Assembly: GCA_039744215.1 (NCBI GenBank) | Contig: JBCJTT010000007.1 | Coordinates: 5,598-69,597 of the forward strand | Length of the DNA stretch: 64,000 bases | Direction of reading: 5' to 3' | From: Solirubrobacteraceae bacterium | GTDB taxonomy: Bacteria; Actinomycetota; Thermoleophilia; Solirubrobacterales; Solirubrobacteraceae | In this document: positions 45,007 through 54,216 of the stretch, piece after piece | Layout of the letters: the number at the start of each line of letters is the position of its first letter | How positions within the stretch are numbered: position 1 is the stretch's first letter | Notes under the pieces: generated by a model | Databases searched by the model: none | Told to the model about the DNA's origin: nothing | What the model saw: the letters and a program-made list of their open reading frames with translations, nothing else | Program-made: the position numbers and the translations under genes

Positions 45007-45025
45007 CCCCCGATCGGGGGGTCGC
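45007..45025. promoter_or_regulatory. perfect 14-bp palindrome CCCCCGATCGGGGG plus TCGC extension, upstream of the regulator/fab array
   Basis: Palindrome at 45007-45020. The 12-mers CCGATCGGGGGG (45010-45021) and TCGGGGGGTCGC (45014-45025) recur at 42787-42798 and 42770-42781. A related GGGGGGGGTCG lies at 44832-44842. Confidence 0.4.
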
Positions 45026-45041
45026 GGCCACGCCGCGGGCC

Positions 45042-45090
45042 GCGGAATCATAATCCGCGTGTCGGGGTTTCGAGTCCCTCCTCCGGCATC
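45042..45090 (+). repeat. attR-like direct repeat (displaced tRNA-Met 3' half)
   Basis: Matches 27440-27488 at 48 of 49 positions. The single mismatch is T45068 versus G27466. No 5' tRNA half lies upstream. Confidence 0.85.
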
Positions 45091-45118
45091 GCCAAAGGCT
45101 CGCCCCAGCAGGTCCTTC

Positions 45119-46459
45119 TCAGCGAACACAGGCCTTACCTTTGCAGCTCTTCAGCTCCAGCGCCAGCTTGCGCAGCTCTGCCAACTTCGCCGGCGATGAG
45201 GCGGTCGGCTGCGCGACAAGGTTTGTCATCTCGAACGGGTCGGCAACGAGGTTGTACATCTCCTCCGGGCTGCCGGCACTGAAGTTTCCTTGTGAATCGA
45301 CGTAGCGGGCGTACATGAAATCCTTCGTACGGATGCCGTAGTACGGGATGTTCTCAGCGTTCGGGAAATTGCCCGGCTTGACGAACAGCTTGCGCGTCGC
45401 CTCAAGCGGGATCGCGCTGCGACCCTTGGCGGGGTTTTTCATCACCGGGAAGAGCGACATGCCGTCGCTTACGCGCCGCGCCTTCGCACCACTGGCAGCG
45501 ACAATCGTCGGCGTCAAGTCAACATTCGCAACCAGCGCATCGTTGGTCTTACGCTTCGGCACTCCCGGGCCGGCGATCATCAACGGCACATGCGTTGACT
45601 CCTTGTAGGGCAGGTACTTATTGCCGTTGATGTTGTGCTGGCCCATCAGCCAGCCGTTATCGGAAGTGAAGATGATCAGCGTGTTCTTCAGCTTGCCGTT
45701 CTTCTTCAGTTGGTCGATCATCATGGCGAACTGATCATCAAGCGCCATCGAAGCGCCTGCGCGGCCCTGGTAGTAGTGCGTCAGTTTGAGCATGCACTGA
45801 ACGCAGTCTGGGCTGAGCGTGTTCTTCATCAGTGGCGGCCGCAGCGCAGGGCGCAGGTCGCTGACATCCTGCTCGGCGAACGACGGGCCCTGCGGCAGGA
45901 CGAGGTTCTTGACGCGACTTGCGCACGGCTCCGGCAGACGCGGGTTCGGGCCGCCGATGTCGCGGCCTGGGCCTGCGTTGGCCTGCTCGGCGATGTCTTC
46001 GCGATGCTGGCTGGGCGGCGTGTAGTACTCAAACTACGGTTTCTTCGACTTCGAGAGCTTGGCGATCGTGTCGCGCCAGTCGGTCCATCCTTTCGGCACT
46101 TCCTTCGGGTCCAGTTCGCCGTAACCGTTGAGGTACTTGCCGCTGAGGCCGGTGTTGTAACCGGCCTTCTGCAGCTAGGCGGCCATGTTGTTGTCCTTCG
46201 TCTTCCAGCCGAGGAAATTGTCGGGTGAGAAGACGCTGGAGACACCGTGGTTGTGTGCCAACTGGCCGGTCAGAAAGGTGGTGCGGGCCGGGCAGCAGAG
46301 TGGATAGGTGACGAAGTTCTTCGTGAAACTGGTGCCCTGCGACTTGAAGAAGGCGGTCGTCTTCGGCATGAACATAAGGTTGTCGTAGCTCATGTCGTCA
46401 GCCATCACGACAAGCACGTTCGCGGCGGTACTGCGCTGATCGTGCTCGCAACGCAACAA
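45119..46459 (-). pseudogene. arylsulfatase-family gene with two in-frame TAG codons
   Basis: A single reading frame links ORFs 46175..46732 and 45119..45829. The FGly motif is CCPARTTFLTG. In-frame TAG codons lie at 46175-46177 (NMAA*LQKAGYNTG) and 46034-46036 (KSKKP*FEYYTPP). No signal peptide is evident. Confidence 0.75.
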
Positions 46460-46532
46460 AAGGAGCTGCGGCGGGTTGGTAGAAGCAGTGCAGATGATCT
46501 TCAACGCAATCGACTTCCCTACCGTGGGGCCG

Positions 46533-47690
46533 GTGAAGCTGACCTTAAGGGCGCGACGCGCGCTGCGCAGCGCCTTCCTCCTCACGCTCGCTGCGCTGGC
46601 GCTGACCGCCGTCGGCGCTGGCCGCGCCGACGCCGCACAGATCAACCCAGCCTTCACCGGCCAGTCGATCTGGATCTGGAATATGCCGAACGCCGAAGGC
46701 GGCAGCGTCGCGAAGATTGTTGCCCGCGCCAAGGCGGCCCGCGTTCGTTCCGTTTACATCAAGTCGGCCGACGGTTCCGGCGCTTGGAAGCAGTTCAGTA
46801 AGCCGCTGGTCGCGTCGCTGAAGGCTGCCGGCCTGCGGGTCTGCGGCTGGCAGTTTGTCTACGGCGCAAAGCCAATCGGCGAGGCGCGCGCCGCGGCAAC
46901 CGCGAAGACGGCCGGCGCCGCGTGTCTGATCATCGATGCCGAATCGGCCTATGAGGGCCGCTACAGGTCGGCGCGCATCTACATGAAGGAGCTGCGACGC
47001 TTGGTCGGGCCGAAGTTCGCGCTCGGCTTCACCAGCTTCCCCTACGTGGATTACCACCCCTCGCTGCCCTACTCGGTCTTCCTCGGCGCCAACGGCGCTG
47101 AAGTCAACATGCCGCAGGTCTACTGGCGCGACATCGGTGATTCAGTGGCAATGGCAATGAAGCACACCTGGCGCGAGAACCGGATTTACGGCCGACCGAT
47201 CCACCCGATCGGCCAAACCTACGCGGCTCCCTCGGCCAACGAGATCATTCGCTTCCGTCAGCTTGCTGCCGGCTACAGGGCGCCCGGCTACAGCTGGTGG
47301 GAGTGGTCAACGACCTCGCCCCGACTTTGGAAGGCGCTGGGGCAGGCTCTGCCGTCGGCGCCGCGACCGGCCGACCCGGGCTGGCCGCTGCTACGGCGCG
47401 GCGCCAAGGGCGACTCGGTCGTTAGGGCGCAGCAGCTGCTGACGATGGCCGGCGCGGTCAAGTTGCGCGCGAGCGGCGTATTTGACTTGGCAACCGTCAA
47501 CGCTGTGAAGGCATTCCAGCTGAAGAGCAAGCTAACGACGGACGGCGCGATCGGCCCGTCAACCTGGGAGCTGCTAGGTCGGGTGACGGTCGCTATTGCA
47601 CGGCGCAACGCGATTAGCCCCGCCGCTGCGACGGTGCCACGCTCGGCGACGCTGCCAGCGGTTCGCAACGAACTGTCGCCGCAGCGTTAA
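46533..47690 (+). CDS. secreted Rv2525c-like glycoside-hydrolase-like domain protein with C-terminal peptidoglycan-binding domain
   Basis: Signal peptide RSAFLLTLAALALTAVGAGRADA. TIM-barrel-like region (SIWIWNMP...VYIKSADG...IIDAES). PG_binding_1-like tail is GDSVVRAQQLL...FDLATVNAVKAFQ...DGAIGPSTW. Start is the GTG at 46533, with TTG 46476 and ATG 46494 as alternatives. Confidence 0.6.
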   Translation: MKLTLRARRALRSAFLLTLAALALTAVGAGRADAAQINPAFTGQSIWIWNMPNAEGGSVAKIVARAKAARVRSVYIKSADGSGAWKQFSKPLVASLKAAGLRVCGWQFVYGAKPIGEARAAATAKTAGAACLIIDAESAYEGRYRSARIYMKELRRLVGPKFALGFTSFPYVDYHPSLPYSVFLGANGAEVNMPQVYWRDIGDSVAMAMKHTWRENRIYGRPIHPIGQTYAAPSANEIIRFRQLAAGYRAPGYSWWEWSTTSPRLWKALGQALPSAPRPADPGWPLLRRGAKGDSVVRAQQLLTMAGAVKLRASGVFDLATVNAVKAFQLKSKLTTDGAIGPSTWELLGRVTVAIARRNAISPAAATVPRSATLPAVRNELSPQR

Positions 47691-47763
47691 CGCGATCATC
47701 ACGACCTGTCCGCCAAGCCACTTATCTTGTTGACCGTCAGCCACACTCACGACGGAGGCACAG

Positions 47764-48339
47764 ATGATGGAAGCCGGCGGCCCACCAGTACCACCGCAAA
47801 CACCTGGTAACCCCAACCTTCCGCCGCGGGGATCGGCCGGCGAGCCCGGGGGTCCCGGCGCCGGTGGCTCAGCCGCCGGCAAGCCATCCGGACTGTGGTG
47901 GGCAGGCGCCGCCGCGGTCGCGATCATTCTCGCTGTTGGCGGCTACTTCCTCGGCACAAACCGCGAGGCCAATAACTACAAAGAGGGATCGGCTGGCTAC
48001 CAGCAGATCTACAAGACAGGTTCCGATCAGGGGTCCGTTGCTGGCGAGAGCGCCGGCAAGAAGTCGGGCTCGGCCTACGGCAAGAAGGTCGGCTACACGA
48101 CCGGAAACTCGGCCGGCCTGAAGCAAGGTCAGGTCCAAGGAACGGCCGACGGCGCCAGCGCCGCGCTCGGCGGCCTAACCGCGTGGGACAGCGGCACGCA
48201 CTACATCGTCACGACGATTAACCCAACGCTGCAGGGCGTACCGGCAGCGATCCACAGCCGCTCGGCGATGCAGGCCGGCTTTGAGTACGCGCTCTGCAAA
48301 TCGAACCCATCGATCGTCTGCACAAAGCCGGAGAAGTAA
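47764..48339 (+). CDS. hypothetical membrane-anchored Gly/Ser-rich protein
   Basis: 191 aa. GGAGG lies 7 nt upstream. Pro/Gly-rich N-terminus, one TM helix, repetitive SAG/GK segments. Confidence 0.5.
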   Translation: MMEAGGPPVPPQTPGNPNLPPRGSAGEPGGPGAGGSAAGKPSGLWWAGAAAVAIILAVGGYFLGTNREANNYKEGSAGYQQIYKTGSDQGSVAGESAGKKSGSAYGKKVGYTTGNSAGLKQGQVQGTADGASAALGGLTAWDSGTHYIVTTINPTLQGVPAAIHSRSAMQAGFEYALCKSNPSIVCTKPEK

Positions 48340-48347
48340 GGGCCAGT

Positions 48348-50249
48348 TCAGCGCAGCAGACGCCGCGGCGGGCCGCTGCTGCGAGCGGGCGCCTTCGCAG
48401 CCGAGGCTGAGCCGCTCCAGTTAATAGCGCGGCCGTCGAGCACTCCGCGGACCGAACGCCATGAGCGCAGCGTCAAGCTTCCCGAAGCGGCGCCGCTGAC
48501 CTTAAGCGTCCCCTTCGGGCCCGCCGACGCTAGCTCCAGCGTGCCGCTGACGGCCAGCCCGTCGACGTAGCTGTATCGCCGCAGCACTAGGCGACTGAAA
48601 GGACCTTGCCGCAGGTCGTAGCTACCGCCGCGTAGCCCGCCGCCGCGAGCAGCCATACCGGCGTAGTAGCGCAGATACCCGTTCGCGACGGCGTCATTGA
48701 CGGCCGCCAATGTTGCCGCGAGAGCGCGGGCAGCGGCGCCGTCGACTCCTGGCACCGGGCTCACGGCGGCGAGTGAGCGAGGGGCAATTTCGACCGGCCG
48801 GTCGGCGTTATTACGGTTGGCGCAAGGGGAACCAACGGCGCGGCGAGCAGCGAACCTTCTGAGTGCGAGCTGCACACAACCGGTGCCATCACCGTTGAGC
48901 ATGTCGTGGCCGGCGCCGCGCAGTTCGACCAAACTGGAGCCAGCAATCAGCGCCGCTGTTGCCCGGGCATTCTCAACCGGCGTGCGCAGATCGAGCTGGC
49001 CGACAAGGATCAGCGTCGGCACTTTCGGCAATGGCCCGGCTGTTGCTGCGCCGTCCGCCTGCGGCGGGAACAGCAGACAGCCGTTGCTGGTGCTTGTTGA
49101 AGCGACGCTGCTACTGGAGAACGGCCGGTAATCGCTGGCTGGCACGGCGCTCAGCGCGGCAACGTTGAGCGCCGTGCGCTGGCCGGTCTCGCTGCTGAGC
49201 GGGTAGGGCAGCGCGTAGTCGAGGCAGCTGGTCATCAGGTTGAGGCCAACGCTTAGGTCGGTCGTCTTCAGCGGACGGCCCACGACAGCCGGCCAAAGGC
49301 GCAGGATCTGCGCGTAGTCGCCACTGTGCGCGGCCGCAAACGCCGCCGGCAGCTGCGCCTGTAGCGCTGGGTTGATGTCGGCGTTTTCAACGATGCCTCG
49401 AATCTCATCCTCACCGTAATAGTGAGCCTTAACTGCACGCCCATTTAGGTCAAAAACGGTCCCCTTCAGCGGTTCCTGCGCTGCTCGTTTTACGACGCTC
49501 GTCAGGTCGCCGACCGGATCTTTGGTGATTCCATCGCATCGTGTCCCTGCGCACCGCTCAGCGGTAACGCGCGGCACGGCGGCGAGACTGTCGAGGTAGA
49601 AGCCATTCGGCGGGCCCGGGCCGACAACCGAATCGAGGATTAACGAGTCGGTCGTTGCCGGATGGCTGCGGGCGTACTGCGCGGCAACCCAGGTGCCATA
49701 ACTGACGCCCATCAGCGCCAGCTTCGGCGCGCCGAAGGCGCGGCGCACCGCATCAAGGTCGGCGACGCTGTCGAGCGTTGAGTAGAAGCGCCGGCGCGGC
49801 CCGATCAGCTCAGCGCAGTCACGAACATCGGCCGGTGTCAGCACCGCGGCCTCGCTGGCGGTTTGTAGCTTCGGGCAGGAGAGAGCGCCCGAAGCGCCGG
49901 TGCCGCGCTGATCGATCACGACCAGCCGATAGCGGCGCAGCATCGGCGAGAGCGTCTGCGCAAAGTCATCGGCAAACTGCACCGCTCCTTGGCCGGGGCC
50001 GCCGGCCAGCGCGATCAGCAACCCGGCGCCGCGACGGTAGTGGCTCTGCGCAGCGAGCCGCAGCTTGACGCTGCCGGGATTAGCGCCGGAACGGTCGAGC
50101 GGCAGCGTTAGCGTCGCGCAGCGAAACTCGACGCTGTCGTTGCAGCGGCCGAAGCTCAGAGCCTCGGCGCGTGGAGCCAGGCTGACCGCTGCTAGCGAGA
50201 CCGCTGCGAAGGCAACGACGGCGAGCCTATGTCGCCGGACGACCATCAA
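48348..50249 (-). CDS. secreted alpha/beta hydrolase (tripeptidyl-aminopeptidase-like, S33) with long C-terminal extension
   Basis: 633 aa. Signal peptide, oxyanion GGPGQGA, nucleophile elbow GVSYGTW and C-terminal GAGHDM. Confidence 0.75.
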   Translation of the reverse strand: MMVVRRHRLAVVAFAAVSLAAVSLAPRAEALSFGRCNDSVEFRCATLTLPLDRSGANPGSVKLRLAAQSHYRRGAGLLIALAGGPGQGAVQFADDFAQTLSPMLRRYRLVVIDQRGTGASGALSCPKLQTASEAAVLTPADVRDCAELIGPRRRFYSTLDSVADLDAVRRAFGAPKLALMGVSYGTWVAAQYARSHPATTDSLILDSVVGPGPPNGFYLDSLAAVPRVTAERCAGTRCDGITKDPVGDLTSVVKRAAQEPLKGTVFDLNGRAVKAHYYGEDEIRGIVENADINPALQAQLPAAFAAAHSGDYAQILRLWPAVVGRPLKTTDLSVGLNLMTSCLDYALPYPLSSETGQRTALNVAALSAVPASDYRPFSSSSVASTSTSNGCLLFPPQADGAATAGPLPKVPTLILVGQLDLRTPVENARATAALIAGSSLVELRGAGHDMLNGDGTGCVQLALRRFAARRAVGSPCANRNNADRPVEIAPRSLAAVSPVPGVDGAAARALAATLAAVNDAVANGYLRYYAGMAARGGGLRGGSYDLRQGPFSRLVLRRYSYVDGLAVSGTLELASAGPKGTLKVSGAASGSLTLRSWRSVRGVLDGRAINWSGSASAAKAPARSSGPPRRLLR

Positions 50250-50294
50250 CGGAACCTAGCGAGCATCCTGCGCTAGCGCGCCAGACCACCTCCG

Positions 50295-50501
50295 TCAGCT
50301 CTGCGGCTGCGAGGGTTCGTCGAACGGCGGATCCGGCCGCGGCACAAAGCCATCGCAGGCGACGACCGGCAGGCGCGGATAGCGCGGATAGCGCGGATCG
50401 GTGGCTGACCGCTCGCAGAGCGAGAAGGTTGAGCCGCGCGTATTGGGCACGATGCGCTGGAAGGCGCAGCCACCGCAAAGACCAAAGTTGGATCCGCTCA
50501 T
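50295..50501 (-). CDS. small conserved-looking Cys-rich protein
   Basis: 68 aa. Motif CGGC...LC...C, and a RYPRYPR segment encoded by a 9-bp tandem repeat. Confidence 0.4.
   Translation of the reverse strand: MSGSNFGLCGGCAFQRIVPNTRGSTFSLCERSATDPRYPRYPRLPVVACDGFVPRPDPPFDEPSQPQS
50373..50399. repeat. 9-bp tandem repeat x3 (GCGCGGATA GCGCGGATA GCGCGGATC)
   Basis: Read directly from the sequence. In frame within the 68-aa ORF. Confidence 0.8.
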
Positions 50502-50563
50502 CGGATAGTAAGTATCGCGCCCATACTCTAGGAAGAGCGCCGCCCCGCGGCGCAGCGCTACTA

Positions 50564-52375
50564 ATGCAACCGAACTCTGAACAGCTCGCCCCGCCCGATT
50601 CGGGCATGAGAACCTTCCTCAGGTTGCTTGGCTTCCTGCGCCCCTACCGGCGCAGCGTCCTGTTCTCGCTCGCCTTCGCGCTGCTGGCAATGCTGATGAC
50701 CGTCTCAATCCCCTGGCTGACCGGCCAGGCGATCAACAAGATTTATCAGGGCGACAAGGCCGACCTGAAGCTGCTGGCTGGCGCCGTGCTGCTGGCCGGC
50801 ATCCTGCGCGGGCTGCTGACGGTAATTCGCCGGTTCGTGGCTGGCCGCGTATCGCTCGGCGTCGAGTTTGACCTGCGAGCGCGGATCTACGCTCACTTCC
50901 AATCGCTCGAGTTAGCCTTTTTCGACCAGCAGCAGACCGGCCAGTTGATAAGCCGCGCGACGGTTGACCTTCAGGCAGTCAGGTTTTTCCTTGGCTACGG
51001 CCTTGTCTTCCTGATCCAGGCGCTGCTGACGATCACGCTGGCAGCGGTCGCGATGTTCCTGACCGACCCGCTGCTTGCGGCTCTGTCGCTGGCGCCGGTC
51101 CCGTTCGTGATCATCATCGCCTTTCGCTACGGACGCCGATCACGGCCGGCGCTGCAGGAGGTGCAGCAGCGTGTTGCCGAGCTGACGGCGGAGGTTGAGG
51201 AGAACATCGCTGGCGTGCGCGTCGTTAAGGCCTTCGCGGCCGAAACGCGCCAGCGCCTGAGCTTCGACTACCGCGTTGGCCGCGTCTTCGACCAATCGAT
51301 GGTCTCGACCAGACTGACCGCCTTTTATGGCCCGTTCATCGGCTTCCTGCCGCAAGTCGGCCTTGCCGCGGTGCTGTTCTTCGGTGGCCGCCAGGTAATC
51401 GACGGCAATCTCTCAATCGGCGCCTTTTCCGCTTTCTATATCTACTTGTTGATGCTGATCGCACCGATGCGCACCTTCGGCATGATGCTCGGGCTGTCGC
51501 AGCGGGCTACCGCCTCGGGCGGGCGGATCTTTCAGATCCTCGACCGTCAGCCCGAGGTTACGGGGCGCCCTGGCGCCGGCGCCTTGCCCGAGGGCGGCGG
51601 CCGTGTGCAGTTCAAGGCAGCGACGCTGCGCTATCCGGGCGCCTCGCGTGACGCGCTGCACGAGATTGAGCTGGACGTTCGCGCCGGGTTGACAGTTGCC
51701 TTGGTCGGTGGCACCGGGTCAGGCAAGAGCTCGCTCGTTCAGCTAATCCCGCGCCTCTATGACACAACGTTAGGCGCTGTGCTGGTCGACGGCGCCGACG
51801 TTCGCGACGTTGACCCGGCGCTACTGCGCAGCCAGATCGCCGTTGTCAACGACGACCCCTTCCTGTTCTCGACCAGCGTCCGCGACAACATCGCCTACGC
51901 CCGCCCCGACGCCAGCGACGCCGAGGTGTTGGAAGCGGCAACGAGGGCGCAAGCGGCATCGTTCATTGAGCGACTACCCGATGGCTTCAGCACAATCGTT
52001 GGCGAGCGAGGTCTGACCCTCTCCGGCGGCCAGCGCCAGCGGTTGGCGATCGCCCGCGCGCTGCTGGCCGACCCCCGGATCCTGATCCTTGACGATGCAA
52101 CGTCAAGCGTCGACGCCTCAACCGAACAGCAGATCAAGGCGGCGCTGCGCGAAGTGATGGCGGGGCGGACAACTTTCGTGATCGCCCACCGCCTTTCAAC
52201 GATCGCGTTGGCAGAGGAGATCGTGCTGCTCGAGGACGGCAGGCTAGTTGCCCACGGCGACCACGCGCACCTACTGGCGGAGAGTGACCTTTACCGCCAG
52301 ATCGTCGAGAAGGGGCTGCCAGACCAGGTCTTCCTGACGCGCAAGCCAGCTGAGAGCGAGACCGCGGGGCTATGA
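50564..52375 (+). CDS. ABC exporter, fused permease/ATPase (heterodimer partner 1)
   Basis: Trimmed to the ATG at 50564. Six TM helices plus an NBD with GGTGSGKSS, LSGGQRQRL and ILILDDATS. Confidence 0.85.
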   Translation: MQPNSEQLAPPDSGMRTFLRLLGFLRPYRRSVLFSLAFALLAMLMTVSIPWLTGQAINKIYQGDKADLKLLAGAVLLAGILRGLLTVIRRFVAGRVSLGVEFDLRARIYAHFQSLELAFFDQQQTGQLISRATVDLQAVRFFLGYGLVFLIQALLTITLAAVAMFLTDPLLAALSLAPVPFVIIIAFRYGRRSRPALQEVQQRVAELTAEVEENIAGVRVVKAFAAETRQRLSFDYRVGRVFDQSMVSTRLTAFYGPFIGFLPQVGLAAVLFFGGRQVIDGNLSIGAFSAFYIYLLMLIAPMRTFGMMLGLSQRATASGGRIFQILDRQPEVTGRPGAGALPEGGGRVQFKAATLRYPGASRDALHEIELDVRAGLTVALVGGTGSGKSSLVQLIPRLYDTTLGAVLVDGADVRDVDPALLRSQIAVVNDDPFLFSTSVRDNIAYARPDASDAEVLEAATRAQAASFIERLPDGFSTIVGERGLTLSGGQRQRLAIARALLADPRILILDDATSSVDASTEQQIKAALREVMAGRTTFVIAHRLSTIALAEEIVLLEDGRLVAHGDHAHLLAESDLYRQIVEKGLPDQVFLTRKPAESETAGL

Positions 52376-54216
52376 GCAAGAGCCAGCGCCAAGAGATGGG
52401 GCTGACGCGGCGCGAGGACGTGCGTCGTCGGCTCGAAGGGACCAGCGGCCGCGGCCGCAAGCTACGCGGTCTGGCTGGCCTGATGCGTCCCTACCGCAGA
52501 CGCGTGATCCTGATGTCGACCGCGCTCGTGATCGGCGTCGCAGCATCGCTGGCGCCAGCCCCATTGGCCGCCAAGGCGATTGACGGCGGCATCATTCCCG
52601 GCAACCTGGCGGTCCTAAACCTCGTTGTCGTTGTCTACCTGATCAGTGTGCTGCTGGTCTGGGGCTGCTCCTACGCGCAAACCTTCCTCGTCGGTTGGGT
52701 TGGACAACGGGCCCTGGCCGACCTGCGGCGGCGAATCTTCGCTCACCTGCAGCAGATGCCGGTCGGCTTCTATGAACGTCGCTCAGCCGGTGTGCTGATC
52801 AGCCGGATGACAAATGACGTTGACGCACTCAACTCGCTTGTCACCGACACGATCGTGACGCTCTTCCAAGCCTCGCTGACGTTGATCGGCTCGGTCGTGA
52901 TCCTACTGCTGCTGGACTGGCAGCTGGCGCTGCTCGTCTTCCTTATCTTCCCAGTGATGGCGGTCGCCTCACTGCTGTTCAGGATCGCCAGCGCCGACGC
53001 CTATAAACGCACGCGCGAGACGATCGGATCGCTGACCGGATACCTGCAGGAGACGCTGTCCGGCGTGCGTGTCGTGCGCGCATTCGCGCAGGAGCCAGCC
53101 CACCGCAAGCGGTTCAGCGTTCTCAACGAAAGCAACCGCTCGGCCAACATGACGACCGTCAACCTGAACGCCGTTTACTTCCCGGCGGTCGAGCTGGTCG
53201 CCGCGTTGGCGGTCGTAATCGTGATCCTGTTCGGCGGAATGCAGGCGATCGACGGAAAGGTAGAGATTGGTGTTCTGGTCGGCTTCATCGCTGCGCTGAA
53301 CGGCTTCTTTGATCCGATCACGCAGCTTTCGCAGGTCTACACGACATACCAATCCGGAATGGCGGCGCTCGACAAGATCTTCGAACTGCTCGACACCGAA
53401 TCGGACCTTGTCGACGCGCCCGACGCAATCGCACTGCCGCAGATTAAGGGCGAGATCCGCTTTGACGACGTCAGCTTCGCCTACCAGCCACGTGTCGGCG
53501 CCAGCGGCGATGCCGGTGCGGTCAAAACGGCGCTCGACGCCGTCAGTGTCACGATCGCAGCGGGCGAGACGGTCGCGCTGGTCGGCGCCACCGGCGCCGG
53601 CAAGTCAACTTTTGCCAAGCTCGTCGCCCGCTTCTACGACCCGACCAGCGGCGCCGTCAGTGTCGACGGCCACGATCTGCGGAGCGTGACAATGCACTCG
53701 CTGCGCAGCCAGATGGGGATTGTGCCGCAGGAGGGCTACCTGTTCAGCGGCACGATCGCCGACAACCTCGCTTTTGCCCGTCCCCAGGCGTCGCGCGAGC
53801 AGCTCGAGGACGCCGCCAAGGCGGTTGGTGCTTGGCCGTTCATCGAATTGCTGGACGACGGCCTCGACACACAGATCGGCGAGCGCGGCGCAATGCTGTC
53901 AGCCGGGCAGCGGCAGCTGCTCGCCTTTGCGCGCGCACTGGTCGCAGATCCTAGAATTCTGATCCTTGATGAAGCGACCGCAAACGTTGACATTCACTCC
54001 GAACTGGCGATCGAGCAGGCGCTGCGCCGGCTGCTGGCGGGACGAACAGCGATCGTGATCGCTCACCGCCTTTCAACGATCCGGCAGGCCAGCCGGATCC
54101 TCGTCCTTTCCGACGGACGCGTCGTCGAACAAGGCGACCATGACTCGCTGCTGGCACTGAACGGGGCCTACTCCGACCTTTACAGCGACTGGGCCAAGCA
54201 GGCGAGCGCCGCATGA
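52372..54216 (+). CDS. ABC exporter, fused permease/ATPase (heterodimer partner 2)
   Basis: ATGA overlap with partner 1. NBD motifs GATGAGKST, LSAGQRQLL and ILILDEATA. Confidence 0.85.
   Translation: MSKSQRQEMGLTRREDVRRRLEGTSGRGRKLRGLAGLMRPYRRRVILMSTALVIGVAASLAPAPLAAKAIDGGIIPGNLAVLNLVVVVYLISVLLVWGCSYAQTFLVGWVGQRALADLRRRIFAHLQQMPVGFYERRSAGVLISRMTNDVDALNSLVTDTIVTLFQASLTLIGSVVILLLLDWQLALLVFLIFPVMAVASLLFRIASADAYKRTRETIGSLTGYLQETLSGVRVVRAFAQEPAHRKRFSVLNESNRSANMTTVNLNAVYFPAVELVAALAVVIVILFGGMQAIDGKVEIGVLVGFIAALNGFFDPITQLSQVYTTYQSGMAALDKIFELLDTESDLVDAPDAIALPQIKGEIRFDDVSFAYQPRVGASGDAGAVKTALDAVSVTIAAGETVALVGATGAGKSTFAKLVARFYDPTSGAVSVDGHDLRSVTMHSLRSQMGIVPQEGYLFSGTIADNLAFARPQASREQLEDAAKAVGAWPFIELLDDGLDTQIGERGAMLSAGQRQLLAFARALVADPRILILDEATANVDIHSELAIEQALRRLLAGRTAIVIAHRLSTIRQASRILVLSDGRVVEQGDHDSLLALNGAYSDLYSDWAKQASAA

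Larger units (their letters stand above)
27440..45090. mobile_element. tRNA-Met-associated genomic island (~17.6 kb), apparently integrase-less and mosaic
   Basis: Bounded by a 49-bp direct repeat, the tRNA 3' half at 27440-27488 and its copy at 45042-45090. Interior holds an IS, a transposase relic and a foreign tRNA fragment. Codons look more G/C-ending than in the flanks (by eye). Confidence 0.7.

Noticed and set aside
45119-46459. Reading the two in-frame TAG codons of the sulfatase as pyrrolysine or programmed read-through
   Set aside because: No pyl genes or suppressor tRNA are visible, and TAG is used as an ordinary stop by neighbouring genes. Nonsense mutation or sequencing error is the simpler explanation.
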